From assembly GCA_910585235.1 (NCBI GenBank), contig CAJUCM010000003.1:15649-79648 (forward strand): a DNA stretch of 64,000 bases, read 5' to 3'. Position 1 is the stretch's first letter, and each line of letters starts with the position of its first letter. Position numbers and translations under genes: made by a program. Origin of the DNA: an uncultured Christensenella sp. (lineage in GTDB: Bacteria; Bacillota; Clostridia; Christensenellales; Borkfalkiaceae). The notes beneath the pieces were generated by a model. The model was given only the letters and a program-made list of their open reading frames with translations, was not told where the DNA came from and searched no databases. Positions 25,301 through 33,790 of the stretch are shown piece after piece.

Positions 25301-27882
25301 TTTTCCTCCGTGAACGAAGATATTTTCTGTTTGAAAAAATCGAGTATGAGCGAGAGAAAGCATTTGAAATGCGCCGTCTCGCCCAAGAGCGCGCGCCCCG
25401 CGAATACCGCCCTGTCGCGCACGGCGGGAGAATATTCTTTGAGGTTGACGTTTTCAAACGGGGAATTATATACGCCCCCGCACTCTTTTGCGGCAGTCGC
25501 GGCGGAAAGAATGAGTTCCCTGTTCAGAGCAAGTTTTTGCTCGACGAGCGTCTCGTAAAAACCGCCGTCGATCTTTAACACGTCGGGATAGTTTTTCCGT
25601 TGGAGATAGCCTGCGATCGCGCTGTGCACCGAAAGGGACAGCTTCCTCTTTTCAAAGAGCGCGTTCCTGTTCTCCCTCAGTTCTTTCCCCGCGTTTTTGT
25701 ACTCTTCGCAAAACGCGGAACTCTCCTGTACGGAGCGGTCGAACTCATCGCCGAGCAAGCGCTCAAACCGACGGAACGTTTCGCCCTCGTCCGTCCTGGA
25801 ACTGAGTTCGAGGCAAAAATCCCCGATCCCGATCTCGTCGAGACGGCGCCTTACCACCTCGATCGCCGCATTCTTTTCCGCAACGAAGAGAACGCTTTTC
25901 CCCCTTTGCAGCGCAAGCGCGATCATGTTCGTGATCGTCTGGCTCTTGCCCGTTCCGGGGGGTCCCTGCAAAACGAAACTTTTTCCGCTCTCGCTCAGTT
26001 GCAGGGCGGCACGCTGGGAGGCGTCGGAGGGGAGCGGGAGCAACAGATCCTCCGCTTTATCGGGATCAACCGCGGACACGGGCGGGTCGTATTGCATTTT
26101 CCCTGTCAGAAGCGCCTCGACGACGCGGTTCTTGCGGAACGCGGAAAAGTGTTCTTTGAGGTCGTTCCACATGAGGAACCGCTGAAAAAAGAAGGAGGAG
26201 AGATAGCACTCTTCCGTCACTTCCCACCCCGCCATGCAGGCGGTCTCCCTGCGGAATACGCCGAGGATCTCCCTGACGGAGAGCGCGGTATTTTCGATCC
26301 CCCTCAGATCGACGTGATATTCGCGGTTGAGAAATTCGACAAGGGTCAAGTTGATAAAGCGTTCCCCCGTTGCCGAAAGCGCAAACCCCTCTTTCCCCTT
26401 TGCCTTATGAAGCTCCGCGGGAACGAGCACGACGGGCGCGCGCCTCGTCTCCTCTCCCGCACCGTAGGTCAGAAATCCGTATGCCAGAAACAAGATCTTT
26501 GCCCCCGTCTCCTCCACCGCCTCTTTGTTTCTGCGGCAGAGCTTTGCGGCGAGGGCGTCCGTCTCGCGGGAGGAAACGGGCGTCCTCAAAATGCCGTTTT
26601 TCTCTTCCAGAACGAGAAGGTCTTTTTCATAGCTGAGCGGGCTCTCCTTTCCCCCGCCCGTGAGTTTCAAGCCATCCCCCTGCAAGCGTTCTATCAGAAT
26701 ATCCGGATCGGGCGCAAGCACTTTCAACGCGTTTCTGCCCTTGAAATCGATGAGCGGATTGCGCGAGGAAAAATCTAAAAGCCCCCTCATCAGATTCCGC
26801 TCGCGGCTCTGTTTTTCACGGATAAAGGGACGGCTTTCGGGAACGGGCAGGGGCGAAGAGGCGGCTTCGTAAATTTCATAACCGCCTTCCCCCGCGCCGC
26901 GCGTGGGACAGGGCGCAAACCCCGCCGCGCGACACCTTTGAATATCGACGAACAACGCATAACGCCCCGTTTTGAGACGGCGCAGAAAGCGCGCCTCGGA
27001 ATCGCGGAGCGCCGCTCCGCTCTCCAAAAACAGATCCTCCGCCTCGAAAAAGACGAGGTGATTCACGCCCTCCGAGAGATAGCGCTCCACCGTTTTGAAA
27101 TCGTCGGAAGAACTCTCTAAAAAACAGCTGTCGAACAGCCACGCCCCTACGCCGATATGACACTCGGAGAGGGCGAGTACGGCGTGAAGCCCCGCCCGTT
27201 CCAGACACGCCGCCGTAAACAGCGCAAGGCGGAATTCGTCCGTTCTGCGCGCGGAAGTCACGGACGGGGGCGACGCGGGCGCGGGGCGGGTAAGATCGGT
27301 CTCCCCCTCTTTGACAAACCCCATCTCCTTGACAGCGGAAAACAGCGCGGAGACCGCCTTTCTGACGACGGTTTTATCCGCGTTCGCGTATCCGTTGAAA
27401 TTTGCCGCGCCCCACTTTGCAAGACGGCGCTTTGCCTCCTTTAATACGCGCGCCGTCTGAAAGGCGCGCGGACGCACGAAACAGGCGACCTTTTCGGGAA
27501 TGCCCGAAAGCCCCTCGAACGAATCGAAGGGAAGCGCGGTGATCTCATGATCGCACGAGGCGACTTTTTCCTCCCCGCAATAGACGTCCGCATGAAACGC
27601 GACCGCCCTTTCCGCATCGTTTTCCGCAAGAAAGCGGGGCGAAAAAATTCCGTCCGCCGTAAAATTCACCGCGCCGCCGAACGGGACTTCCGTCTCCTTT
27701 TCAAAGGGGAGAAAGAGTCCGTTCTCCCTGACTTTGACTTTGAGCGTCAGATTTTTCGCGGTACGGTTGGTGAGACGAAATTCGGGTTTCGTTCCCAAAA
27801 AACAGTCGCAATAGCCCGCGTACCGCGGGATCATCGGCTCGAATAAAATATTTTCTTTTTCCTGTTTGGTGAGTTTTTCCAT
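22393..27882 (-). CDS. giant (1829 aa) Upf1/DNA2-like SF1 helicase with a REase-like domain (DUF4011 / AAA_11-AAA_12 / DUF3320-type architecture)
   Basis: Walker A LQGPPGTGKSQT, Walker B VIFDEASQM, motif VI LNVACSRAREEM. C-terminal GYECRAGVGAGNFKIEVAVLDP....YILGILSDG resembles the DUF559/MTES_1575 endonuclease-like fold. SD AAGGAG upstream. Confidence 0.8.
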   Translation of the reverse strand: MEKLTKQEKENILFEPMIPRYAGYCDCFLGTKPEFRLTNRTAKNLTLKVKVRENGLFLPFEKETEVPFGGAVNFTADGIFSPRFLAENDAERAVAFHADVYCGEEKVASCDHEITALPFDSFEGLSGIPEKVACFVRPRAFQTARVLKEAKRRLAKWGAANFNGYANADKTVVRKAVSALFSAVKEMGFVKEGETDLTRPAPASPPSVTSARRTDEFRLALFTAACLERAGLHAVLALSECHIGVGAWLFDSCFLESSSDDFKTVERYLSEGVNHLVFFEAEDLFLESGAALRDSEARFLRRLKTGRYALFVDIQRCRAAGFAPCPTRGAGEGGYEIYEAASSPLPVPESRPFIREKQSRERNLMRGLLDFSSRNPLIDFKGRNALKVLAPDPDILIERLQGDGLKLTGGGKESPLSYEKDLLVLEEKNGILRTPVSSRETDALAAKLCRRNKEAVEETGAKILFLAYGFLTYGAGEETRRAPVVLVPAELHKAKGKEGFALSATGERFINLTLVEFLNREYHVDLRGIENTALSVREILGVFRRETACMAGWEVTEECYLSSFFFQRFLMWNDLKEHFSAFRKNRVVEALLTGKMQYDPPVSAVDPDKAEDLLLPLPSDASQRAALQLSESGKSFVLQGPPGTGKSQTITNMIALALQRGKSVLFVAEKNAAIEVVRRRLDEIGIGDFCLELSSRTDEGETFRRFERLLGDEFDRSVQESSAFCEEYKNAGKELRENRNALFEKRKLSLSVHSAIAGYLQRKNYPDVLKIDGGFYETLVEQKLALNRELILSAATAAKECGGVYNSPFENVNLKEYSPAVRDRAVFAGRALLGETAHFKCFLSLILDFFKQKISSFTEEKANALCGIVRGLLTEKYAFFRDVSAEEFFAFRSANLRLDGEMAFYRKHFDLLVNPESDLDELKEWLAVGGRENRAVTGIKKRLARAALHPLSEKDMPRYIGAAVGIYEARKQILACRLSACFTDRGRISEKKREAFLAPLKELSSACASVFSEWSPERFFEGCIRAENGAAAPLFEGFLAAAKGFFQAKETYISATRAKRERMKGEDILGYCSAKASALLDNADFLGGRCAYKAAEEKLCLQGMKFVGEALENGSLSPADALGGFEKSLLEYFLSENISADPRLARMTSGAEESAAEKFTLLHAKETEFARKRLISSLAERLPKSGELREERALLFRLSKSAKRGRLRSLLLNASALVKRLCPCILMSPDAAAQYLKADAGEYDLVIFDEASQMTTAEAIPALARAKQAVIVGDNRQLPPTSFFRTAFSGEEEEEETLESVLDEALAAGFEERSLLWHYRSRHESLIAFSNATYYENRLNTFPSPVAAESRVTLRNVGGVYDRGNTKRNRKEAEALVREVVERLQDKERGKSSIGVVTFSEVQREEIEKILSREIAKHSLEEAAYGGREQLFVKNLENVQGDERDVILFSVCYGRDGEGKLSYNFGALNRAGGWRRLNVACSRAREEMIVFSSISASEIDQNRTSSKGVRGLKAFLEFAEKGRAAVALPAREGGNGGIGTYLAEELRAYGYECRAGVGAGNFKIEVAVLDPNDKSRYILGILSDGSKNSSAADRAALLPAMLKRGGWNLLSVSEVAYFNNPKREIKRIKDCLDRLTGAKEEDEMTRCRKPYRHVRDTGGKTAAFVTDAGNENEICGRLCAIVATEEPISRAFLKKRCLESFGIVKAGAGVGARLDGMISRLNFSVEKVGGTEYFYKNPNAVLPVKFRREGRNQRRRTEEDFTPFETAALIRCILGTKVTLYDDELTALVAAEYRVKATDGFAEFVSRSLSYGEDRGMFRRSVSGRISLA

Positions 27883-27983
27883 ACATTCTCCTTGTATATC
27901 AAAGAGAATTTTTGACAGAAGCTCCTCTTTTTAATCCGATTGCGGAATTTATGAAAGGCGCAAAACAATTTCCGCCGAAAGGG

Positions 27984-28012
27984 TTGCAAACTTTTTTTGA
28001 TTCTGCTATAAT
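27984..28012 (+). promoter_or_regulatory. sigma-A type promoter of BspA-LRR gene 1
   Basis: TTGCAA-17 nt-TATAAT. Confidence 0.65.
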
Positions 28013-28017
28013 TGTCA

Positions 28018-28166
28018 CTGCGATACAATTTTCATATTTTCTTGTGCGTCAATACAACTAAGGCATAGTTGTATCCCTTTTCCTATATTTTGACGCACAG
28101 GAAATTGTATCGCAGCAATTAGGGGACAATATGCAGAGCGTTCCTTAATTGGGGCGCTCTTTTTTT
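28018..28166 (+). promoter_or_regulatory. structured 5' leader: nested three-helix rod plus terminator/antiterminator
   Basis: P1 28018-28031/28102-28115 (14 bp perfect). P2 28044-28052/28090-28098. P3 28053-28060/28066-28073. Terminator stem 28135-28144/28151-28160 plus U6. Alternative pairing 28116-28123 with 28143-28151. Confidence 0.6.
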
Positions 28167-28200
28167 GCGCAAAAAGAAAAAATTTCAGGAGGAGAGAACT

Positions 28201-29712
28201 ATGCACAAATGTTTCAAATGCGGAACGGAGTTCGAGGGCGGCTTCTGCCCCGAATGCGGAACGCGGTTTCAGGAGGAAAAGCACTGCCCGCAGTGCGGCG
28301 CATTGCTTGCGGGGAGCGCAAAATTCTGCAATAACTGCGGATATTCCTTTCTCGAACCCGCAAAAAAGGAAAAGAAGCCGAGCAAGGTCGGCGCGTTTTT
28401 CAAAAAAGTATGGGCGTGGATCAGGGCGCACCTGAAAATCGTGATCCCCTCGGCGGTGGCGCTCGTCGCGGTCGTCGTCATACTTTCGCTCATTCCCACG
28501 TTCATTTTAATGGGCGTGAACGGAACGTATTACGCGTCGCTCGGCGGCGAGCTTTCCGAACAAAATTACGTCACGCTATCTTCGGGCAAGTGGACGGACA
28601 GCGACGGCTTGGAGGGGCGTTATTCGCTTTCGGGTAAAAACATTACGCTCGAATACGAAGATCCCGCCTTGGGCGAATTGGGCGAACTGCTCGGCGGAGA
28701 CGCCGACGCGACCGTCCGTTTGGAGGGAACAATCGAAAACGGCGTTCTGACGCTGAAAGACACGGGACGCGAACAGGTATTTGTTACAAAGAGCCATTCT
28801 CACAGATACGGCGAATGGGAAACAACGCATTCCCCCACCTGCACCGCCGAGGGCGAACAGCAGCGTATCTGCGCCTGCAAAAAGTTTGAAACGGGAAAAG
28901 TTCCACTGACGGGACATACGGCGGTCAATGAAGATTGGCTTTGCACAGCCTGCGGAATGCAATTTACAAAGGGATTGGAATATAAACCGACAAGCGATTC
29001 TTCCGCCTATTCCGTTTCCGAAATCGGTTCGGTTTCGGGCGATATTGTTATTCTCGATTACTACAACGGAAAACCCGTAACAAGTATCGGAGATAATGCG
29101 TTCAGTGATTGCACCTCGCTTACAAGCATAACGATTCCAAGCAACGTGACGAATATTGGAACCGCAGCGTTTTCGGATTGCGACGGACTTACGAGTATTT
29201 ATTATACGGGAGATATTGCAACTTGGTGCGGCATTTCGGGGCTTACCAATCTTATGGCACCCGATCGAACGCTCTATATTGGCGGAAACAAACTCACAGG
29301 CGACCTTGTAATTCCCGACGGCGTGACGAATATCAAAAGTGGTGCGTTCGCTGGTTGCAATGAACTTACAAGCGTTACCATCCCCAATGGCGTAACAAGC
29401 ATCGGGGATGGTGCATTCAGCAATTGCAGAGGACTTACAAGCATTACTATTCCCAACTCCGTCACGAGTATCGAAGATTACGCGTTCTATGATTGCAGCG
29501 GACTTACGAGCATTACGATTCCAAACAGCGTAACAAGTATTGGAGAAAGCGCGTTTATGGGTTGTATCGAACTTACAAGCATTACCTTTCAAGGCACAAA
29601 AGAAGAATGGGACGCGATTAAAACAGGTGACTGGTGGAATCATGTTACAGGTTACTACACCATTCAATGCACGGACGGGAAGTGGGATAAAAGGGGCAAT
29701 GAAATTTCATAA
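28201..29712 (+). CDS. membrane-anchored BspA-type leucine-rich-repeat surface protein with an N-terminal double zinc ribbon
   Basis: CFKCG..CPECG...CPQCG...CNNCG, one TM helix, then repeated IGDxAFxxCxxLTSITIPxxVTxI units (~23 aa). ATG at 28201 with SD AGGAGG. Confidence 0.85.
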   Translation: MHKCFKCGTEFEGGFCPECGTRFQEEKHCPQCGALLAGSAKFCNNCGYSFLEPAKKEKKPSKVGAFFKKVWAWIRAHLKIVIPSAVALVAVVVILSLIPTFILMGVNGTYYASLGGELSEQNYVTLSSGKWTDSDGLEGRYSLSGKNITLEYEDPALGELGELLGGDADATVRLEGTIENGVLTLKDTGREQVFVTKSHSHRYGEWETTHSPTCTAEGEQQRICACKKFETGKVPLTGHTAVNEDWLCTACGMQFTKGLEYKPTSDSSAYSVSEIGSVSGDIVILDYYNGKPVTSIGDNAFSDCTSLTSITIPSNVTNIGTAAFSDCDGLTSIYYTGDIATWCGISGLTNLMAPDRTLYIGGNKLTGDLVIPDGVTNIKSGAFAGCNELTSVTIPNGVTSIGDGAFSNCRGLTSITIPNSVTSIEDYAFYDCSGLTSITIPNSVTSIGESAFMGCIELTSITFQGTKEEWDAIKTGDWWNHVTGYYTIQCTDGKWDKRGNEIS

Positions 29713-29715
29713 ATA

Positions 29716-29753
29716 ACAAAAACGAACCGCCCGCGCATAAAATGCGCGGGCGG
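29716..29753 (-). terminator. rho-independent terminator at the end of the tmk..yraN operon; the hairpin is shared with the convergent LRR gene
   Basis: 12-bp stem CCGCCCGCGCAT/ATGCGCGGGCGG. The U-rich tract is on the minus-strand side (TTCGTTTTTGTTATTT). Confidence 0.75.
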
Positions 29754-29772
29754 CGTACCTTATTTCGGTTTA

Positions 29773-30132
29773 TCAGATATAAGCGTTTTCAAAGTATTCG
29801 AGTCCGCCCTCGTAGATCGAGGCAACGTCGAATCTGCACGGCACTTCCTGCCGTTTCAGCATACAAAAGTAATTCGCGATCTTGCGGTAGCGCTCCCGTT
29901 TGCGTTGATCCACCGCCTCGGCGGGCAGTCCGAACGCGTCGGACTCCCGCGCCTTGACCTCCACAAAGCAGTAATACCCGTCCTTAAACGCAATGATGTC
30001 CGCTTCGCCGAACGGCGTTGTAAAGTTACGCTCGATGATTTTATAGCCATGCTTTTTTAAGTATTTTGCGGTGTCGTTTTCCGCTTTCCGTCCCAGAACT
30101 TTGCGACGAAAGTCTTGCGATGAATTTTGCAT
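29773..30132 (-). CDS. yraN: YraN-family (UPF0102) endonuclease-like protein
   Basis: G..AE..A..YL...GY.I..RN......GE.DII......FVEVK pattern is present. The only ATG gives a 76-nt overlap with rnhB. Confidence 0.8.
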   Translation of the reverse strand: MQNSSQDFRRKVLGRKAENDTAKYLKKHGYKIIERNFTTPFGEADIIAFKDGYYCFVEVKARESDAFGLPAEAVDQRKRERYRKIANYFCMLKRQEVPCRFDVASIYEGGLEYFENAYI

Positions 30133-30692
30133 ATTCCCACCTCTTTGATTGCCCCGATATGCTTTTTCGTGCCGTACCCAGCGTTACTTTCAAATCCGTA
30201 ATACGGATAAATTTTAGCATACCGTTCCATGAGTTGATCGCGGTATACCTTGGCTAAAATGCTCGCCGCGCCGATCGAGGCGACGAGCGCGTCCCCCTTG
30301 ACGATACACCTCTGCGGGATTGCAATATCGAGCGTCATGTTTCCGTCCGTTAAAACAAAATCGGGCGCGGGCGATAATTTTTCGATCGCGTGCTTCATCG
30401 CCAAACGGGTCGCCTGTAAAATGTTGATCTCGTCGATCGTCTCTTCGCAGACCTCCTCGATCGCATAGGCGACGGCGGCTTCCTTGATTTTTTCCGCTAA
30501 ATACTCCCGTTTCTTTTTGGAGAGTTTTTTGGAATCGTCGATCCCCAATATCCGCTTTTCCTCTTGCAAGGGAAGAATGACCGCCGCCGCCACGACGGGA
30601 CCCGCAAGCGGACCCCTGCCCACTTCGTCCGCGCCCGCGACAAGGCGGTAGCCCTTTTCAAAGTATTCTTTTTCGCAAATCAATTCGTCCAT
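30057..30692 (-). CDS. rnhB: ribonuclease HII
   Basis: AGADEVGRGPLAGPVVAAAV and DDSKKLS motifs. Confidence 0.92.
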   Translation of the reverse strand: MDELICEKEYFEKGYRLVAGADEVGRGPLAGPVVAAAVILPLQEEKRILGIDDSKKLSKKKREYLAEKIKEAAVAYAIEEVCEETIDEINILQATRLAMKHAIEKLSPAPDFVLTDGNMTLDIAIPQRCIVKGDALVASIGAASILAKVYRDQLMERYAKIYPYYGFESNAGYGTKKHIGAIKEVGICKIHRKTFVAKFWDGKRKTTPQNT

Positions 30693-30704
30693 GGCGGTAC
30701 AATC

Positions 30705-31544
30705 TCAAATCATTTCCGAGGGATCGTCCAGCGTAAGCGCGCCCAACCGTCCCTTTCTCAAATCGTCGATCAGGGCGCGCTCCCCGCGTTCGTAGTCGTA
30801 TTCCTTTCCTTTCAGCAGAAAACCCCGATTTTTGCACAGCGTTTCGAGCATTTCGAGCGGCGTTCCGTTCTCGATCCCGTAGCGCTCTTGAAGCCGTTCG
30901 GGATAGCTTTTTTGAAGCTCCTCCAAGACGAACAGCGCGATCTCGTCAAATTCTAAAATATCGTCGTTCACCGAGCCAAGCGCCGCAAGCCGTTTGGCAA
31001 AAATCTGATTTTCAAGCGCGGGCGGCATGAGACCGGGAGAATCCAAAAGTTCCGCGTCCCCGCAGCGCACCCACTGCTTGCTCCGCGTCACGCCCGCCTT
31101 GTCGCCCGTGACGGCTTTTTTTCCGCCCGACAGCAGATTGATGAGCGAGCTTTTGCCCGTGTTCGGAATGCCCGCCACCATAAAGCGCAGAGGGCGCGCG
31201 GAATCTTTGTTTTTCAAAAGCTCCGCTTTCTCCTCGGTGATCTTCGCCATGGCGCTAAGAAGCGGACGCGCCTGCCCCTTGACCGCGGACACGGGTATGA
31301 CGTTTTTGCCCTTTGCCCTGAACGCGTCCGCGATCGCCTCGGACTTTGCGTCCGCCAGATCGCGCTTGTTGAACACGTACAAAAGCGGTTTATTTTTCGT
31401 CAGCTTTTCAAGGCGCGCGTTCGAGGAGGAGAGCGGCGCGCGCGCATCCAGCACCAACAGAACGGCGTCCACCAAGGATAAATTTTCTTCAAGCATTCGC
31501 ATGGCTTTCGCCATGTGCCCCGGATACCACTGCACCGTCTTCAT
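30705..31544 (-). CDS. rbgA: ribosome biogenesis GTPase A (YlqF/RbgA)
   Basis: MKTVQWYPGHMAKA and the circularly permuted GTPase (FNKRDL ... GIPNTGKSSLIN). An upstream in-frame ATG at 31565 is possible. Confidence 0.88.
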   Translation of the reverse strand: MKTVQWYPGHMAKAMRMLEENLSLVDAVLLVLDARAPLSSSNARLEKLTKNKPLLYVFNKRDLADAKSEAIADAFRAKGKNVIPVSAVKGQARPLLSAMAKITEEKAELLKNKDSARPLRFMVAGIPNTGKSSLINLLSGGKKAVTGDKAGVTRSKQWVRCGDAELLDSPGLMPPALENQIFAKRLAALGSVNDDILEFDEIALFVLEELQKSYPERLQERYGIENGTPLEMLETLCKNRGFLLKGKEYDYERGERALIDDLRKGRLGALTLDDPSEMI

Positions 31545-32206
31545 TTCAGCAAATCGGGACGGCATTTTTTCGTGATCTTAATCGCCTGTTCCCTTCTCCA
31601 AGAATCTATTTTTGCATGATCGCCCGAAAGCAGTATTTCGGGAACGCGCACCCCCCTGTACTCGACGGGGCGTGTGTATTGCGGATATTCGAGTAAATTA
31701 TCCGAAAAGCTCTCGTCGACGAGCGATTCGGGCGAGAGCACCCCGTCCGCATAGCGGGCGACCGCGTCCGCCACCACCATGGCGGGAAGCTCGCCCCCCG
31801 TCAGAACATAGTCGCCGATCGAAATTTCCTCGTCGAAAAACAAATCGAGCGCGCGCTGATCCACGCCCTCGTAATGCCCGCACAAAAGTACGATATGATC
31901 GAGCGCGGAGAGCTCGAACACCTTCGCCTGATCGAACCGCCTGCCCTTGGGCGAGAGATAGATCCTCCGCGCCGTGTGATCGGGATCGACCGCCTCGACC
32001 GCGCTCCCCACGGGCTGCGCCGTCATGACCATGCCCGCGCCCCCGCCGAAGGGATAGTCGTCGCACTTCAAGTGCTTGTCCTCGGTATAGTCGCGGATAT
32101 TCACGGTTTCGATCTGCACTTTCCCCTGATCCTGCGCCCTGCCGATAATGCTCTGTTTTAAGGGCGCGAACATTTCGGGAAAGAGGGTCAAAATAGTTAT
32201 TTTCAT
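31541..32206 (-). CDS. trmD: tRNA (guanine37-N1)-methyltransferase
   Basis: ILTLFPEMF, DDYPFGGGAGMV, CGHYEG(V)D and GGELPAMV motifs. Confidence 0.95.
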   Translation of the reverse strand: MKITILTLFPEMFAPLKQSIIGRAQDQGKVQIETVNIRDYTEDKHLKCDDYPFGGGAGMVMTAQPVGSAVEAVDPDHTARRIYLSPKGRRFDQAKVFELSALDHIVLLCGHYEGVDQRALDLFFDEEISIGDYVLTGGELPAMVVADAVARYADGVLSPESLVDESFSDNLLEYPQYTRPVEYRGVRVPEILLSGDHAKIDSWRREQAIKITKKCRPDLLK

Positions 32207-32697
32207 AAAACTGCCACTTCCCCGAACCGTCTTTCCGAAACGGTGATTTTTTTGTTCTTTACGTCCACCGAGAGGACGACCCCGTCCGCCGCGGGAAAGA
32301 GCACTTCCCCCGTCGGCGTTTCGAGCGTATAAATATCCGTCGCCGCCTGCCGTATTTCTTTGAGCGTTCCCAGCGTTTTACCCGTATCGGTCACGATCTC
32401 GCTTCCGAGCAGGTCGGCAACGTAATAGCTCCCCTCTTCGGGTTCGGGCGCCTCCTCGCGGGGAAGCGTCAGTTCCTTATCCCTTAAAAGTTCGGCGGCG
32501 TTTCGATCGGGCACGCCGCGGAGAGAAAGATACGCCATTCCGTCGCCCGCGCGGGCATTGAGAATTTTATATTCCGCGCCGTCGATAAACACGCGTTTGA
32601 GTTTGCAAATATCTTCCGCGCCGTCCGTATAGGGGAACACTTTCACTTCCCCTCTGATCCCCTGCGGTTTCAAAATTTTTCCGATGACTAAATCCAT
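32203..32697 (-). CDS. rimM: 16S rRNA processing protein RimM
   Basis: GKILKPQGIRGEVKV N-terminus plus a PRC-barrel C-terminus. 4-nt overlap with trmD. Confidence 0.9.
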   Translation of the reverse strand: MDLVIGKILKPQGIRGEVKVFPYTDGAEDICKLKRVFIDGAEYKILNARAGDGMAYLSLRGVPDRNAAELLRDKELTLPREEAPEPEEGSYYVADLLGSEIVTDTGKTLGTLKEIRQAATDIYTLETPTGEVLFPAADGVVLSVDVKNKKITVSERRFGEVAVL

Positions 32698-32708
32698 GGC
32701 GACCCCTC

Positions 32709-33341
32709 TTATAAGCCGAACAGCGGCAGGACCGCCGCGCGAATCTTTGCCTGCGTCTCTTCCTTTTCCGCTTCGCTCGTAACGATTTTCACGTTTTCGT
32801 CGGAGAAACGTTTGAACGCCTCATAGAACCGTTCGCGGATTTTCTTCTGTTTTTCCGTCGTCTCGTAACGCTCCGTCTCCCCCCTGCGGGCGACCCGCTT
32901 CATGCTCTCCTCCGAAGGCAGGTCGATAAACACCGTAAGGTCGGGGCGCAACAGTTCCCGCGCGGGGCGGTTGAGTTCGACAACCCAGTCGAACGGCACA
33001 AATTCTCCGTTGTACGCAAAAGAAGAAAAATAATATCTGTCGCAAAAAACGTTCACGCCCGCGTCGAGTTTTTTTGCGATCCCGTTGACGGCGTTCAGGA
33101 TATGATCGAGCCTGTCCGCCGCAAAGAGCGCGGCGATCGCCCGCTCGTCGGTATCGATCCTGCCCGTGAGACAATTTCTCAACAGTGCGCCGAAGGGCGA
33201 ATCGGTCGGCTCGTGCGTGGAAAAACAGCATTTGCCTTTACTTTCAAGATACTTTGTGAGCATCTTCATCTGCGTCGTCTTTCCGCTTCCGTCAAGCCCC
33301 TCGAAAACGATAAATTTTCCTCTTTCCGTATTGCTGTTCAT
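32709..33341 (-). CDS. tmk: thymidylate kinase
   Basis: GKFIVFEGLDGSGKTTQ P-loop and DRY motif (FCDRYYFSS). Start set at MNSNTERGKF. Confidence 0.88.
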   Translation of the reverse strand: MNSNTERGKFIVFEGLDGSGKTTQMKMLTKYLESKGKCCFSTHEPTDSPFGALLRNCLTGRIDTDERAIAALFAADRLDHILNAVNGIAKKLDAGVNVFCDRYYFSSFAYNGEFVPFDWVVELNRPARELLRPDLTVFIDLPSEESMKRVARRGETERYETTEKQKKIRERFYEAFKRFSDENVKIVTSEAEKEETQAKIRAAVLPLFGL

Positions 33342-33412
33342 ACCCCGCATTATAGCAAAAAACCGCGTCGTTGTCAACGCGGTTTTATTTTTCTTCGGAA
33401 CAGATTTGAAAC

Positions 33413-33781
33413 TTAATGAAATTCCACGTTCTTTACGGAAATCGCAAACATTAAAAACCGTTCGGATTCCGCGCTTTCGTAGTGGCATTTCAGAACGGGG
33501 CACTCCTCCATGAACTGCCGCTTCAATTCCGTATCGGCGCACTCCTCGGCAATACCCGTCACCCTGACCCATTCCCGCGACGCGGTCTTTTTGGCTATGA
33601 TCTGCACATGACCGTCTGCCCGCAACTGGGCGTGCGCCTCGTTCCCGTCGTGCGTCGCAACGTATAACTTATCGCCGCGCTCCATGATCGCCCCGAACGG
33701 TCTTGCGGCAGGATATTCACCGTTCAGCGTTATCACAAAAAAGCATTCGCATTCCTTGATAAATTCAATGATTTTACTCAC
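33413..33781 (-). CDS. pyridoxamine 5'-phosphate oxidase-like FMN-binding split-barrel protein
   Basis: 122 aa; the pattern FFVITLNGEYPAARPFG...LYVATHDGNEAHAQL is typical of the family. Confidence 0.65.
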   Translation of the reverse strand: MSKIIEFIKECECFFVITLNGEYPAARPFGAIMERGDKLYVATHDGNEAHAQLRADGHVQIIAKKTASREWVRVTGIAEECADTELKRQFMEECPVLKCHYESAESERFLMFAISVKNVEFH

Positions 33782-33790
33782 CGCAATCTC

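Noticed and set aside
28018-28115. Invertible-promoter or phase-variation switch (inverton) interpretation of the 14-15-bp inverted repeats upstream of both LRR genes, cwpV-style.
   Set aside because: The promoters lie outside the repeats. The sequence between the repeats is itself a nested palindrome, so inversion would change little. The terminators lie outside the repeats, and no recombinase gene is nearby. RNA secondary structure explains the pattern better. Read-orientation analysis (PhaseFinder-type) could still exclude inversion.
28576-29667. 363-aa minus-strand ORF opposite the BspA-LRR gene, and the ~69-nt periodic nucleotide repeats at about 29050-29600.
   Set aside because: The periodicity is the coding repeat of the ~23-aa LRR unit on the plus strand. 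It is not a CRISPR array or a non-coding tandem repeat, because there are no unique spacers of constant length and it lies inside a clear ORF.
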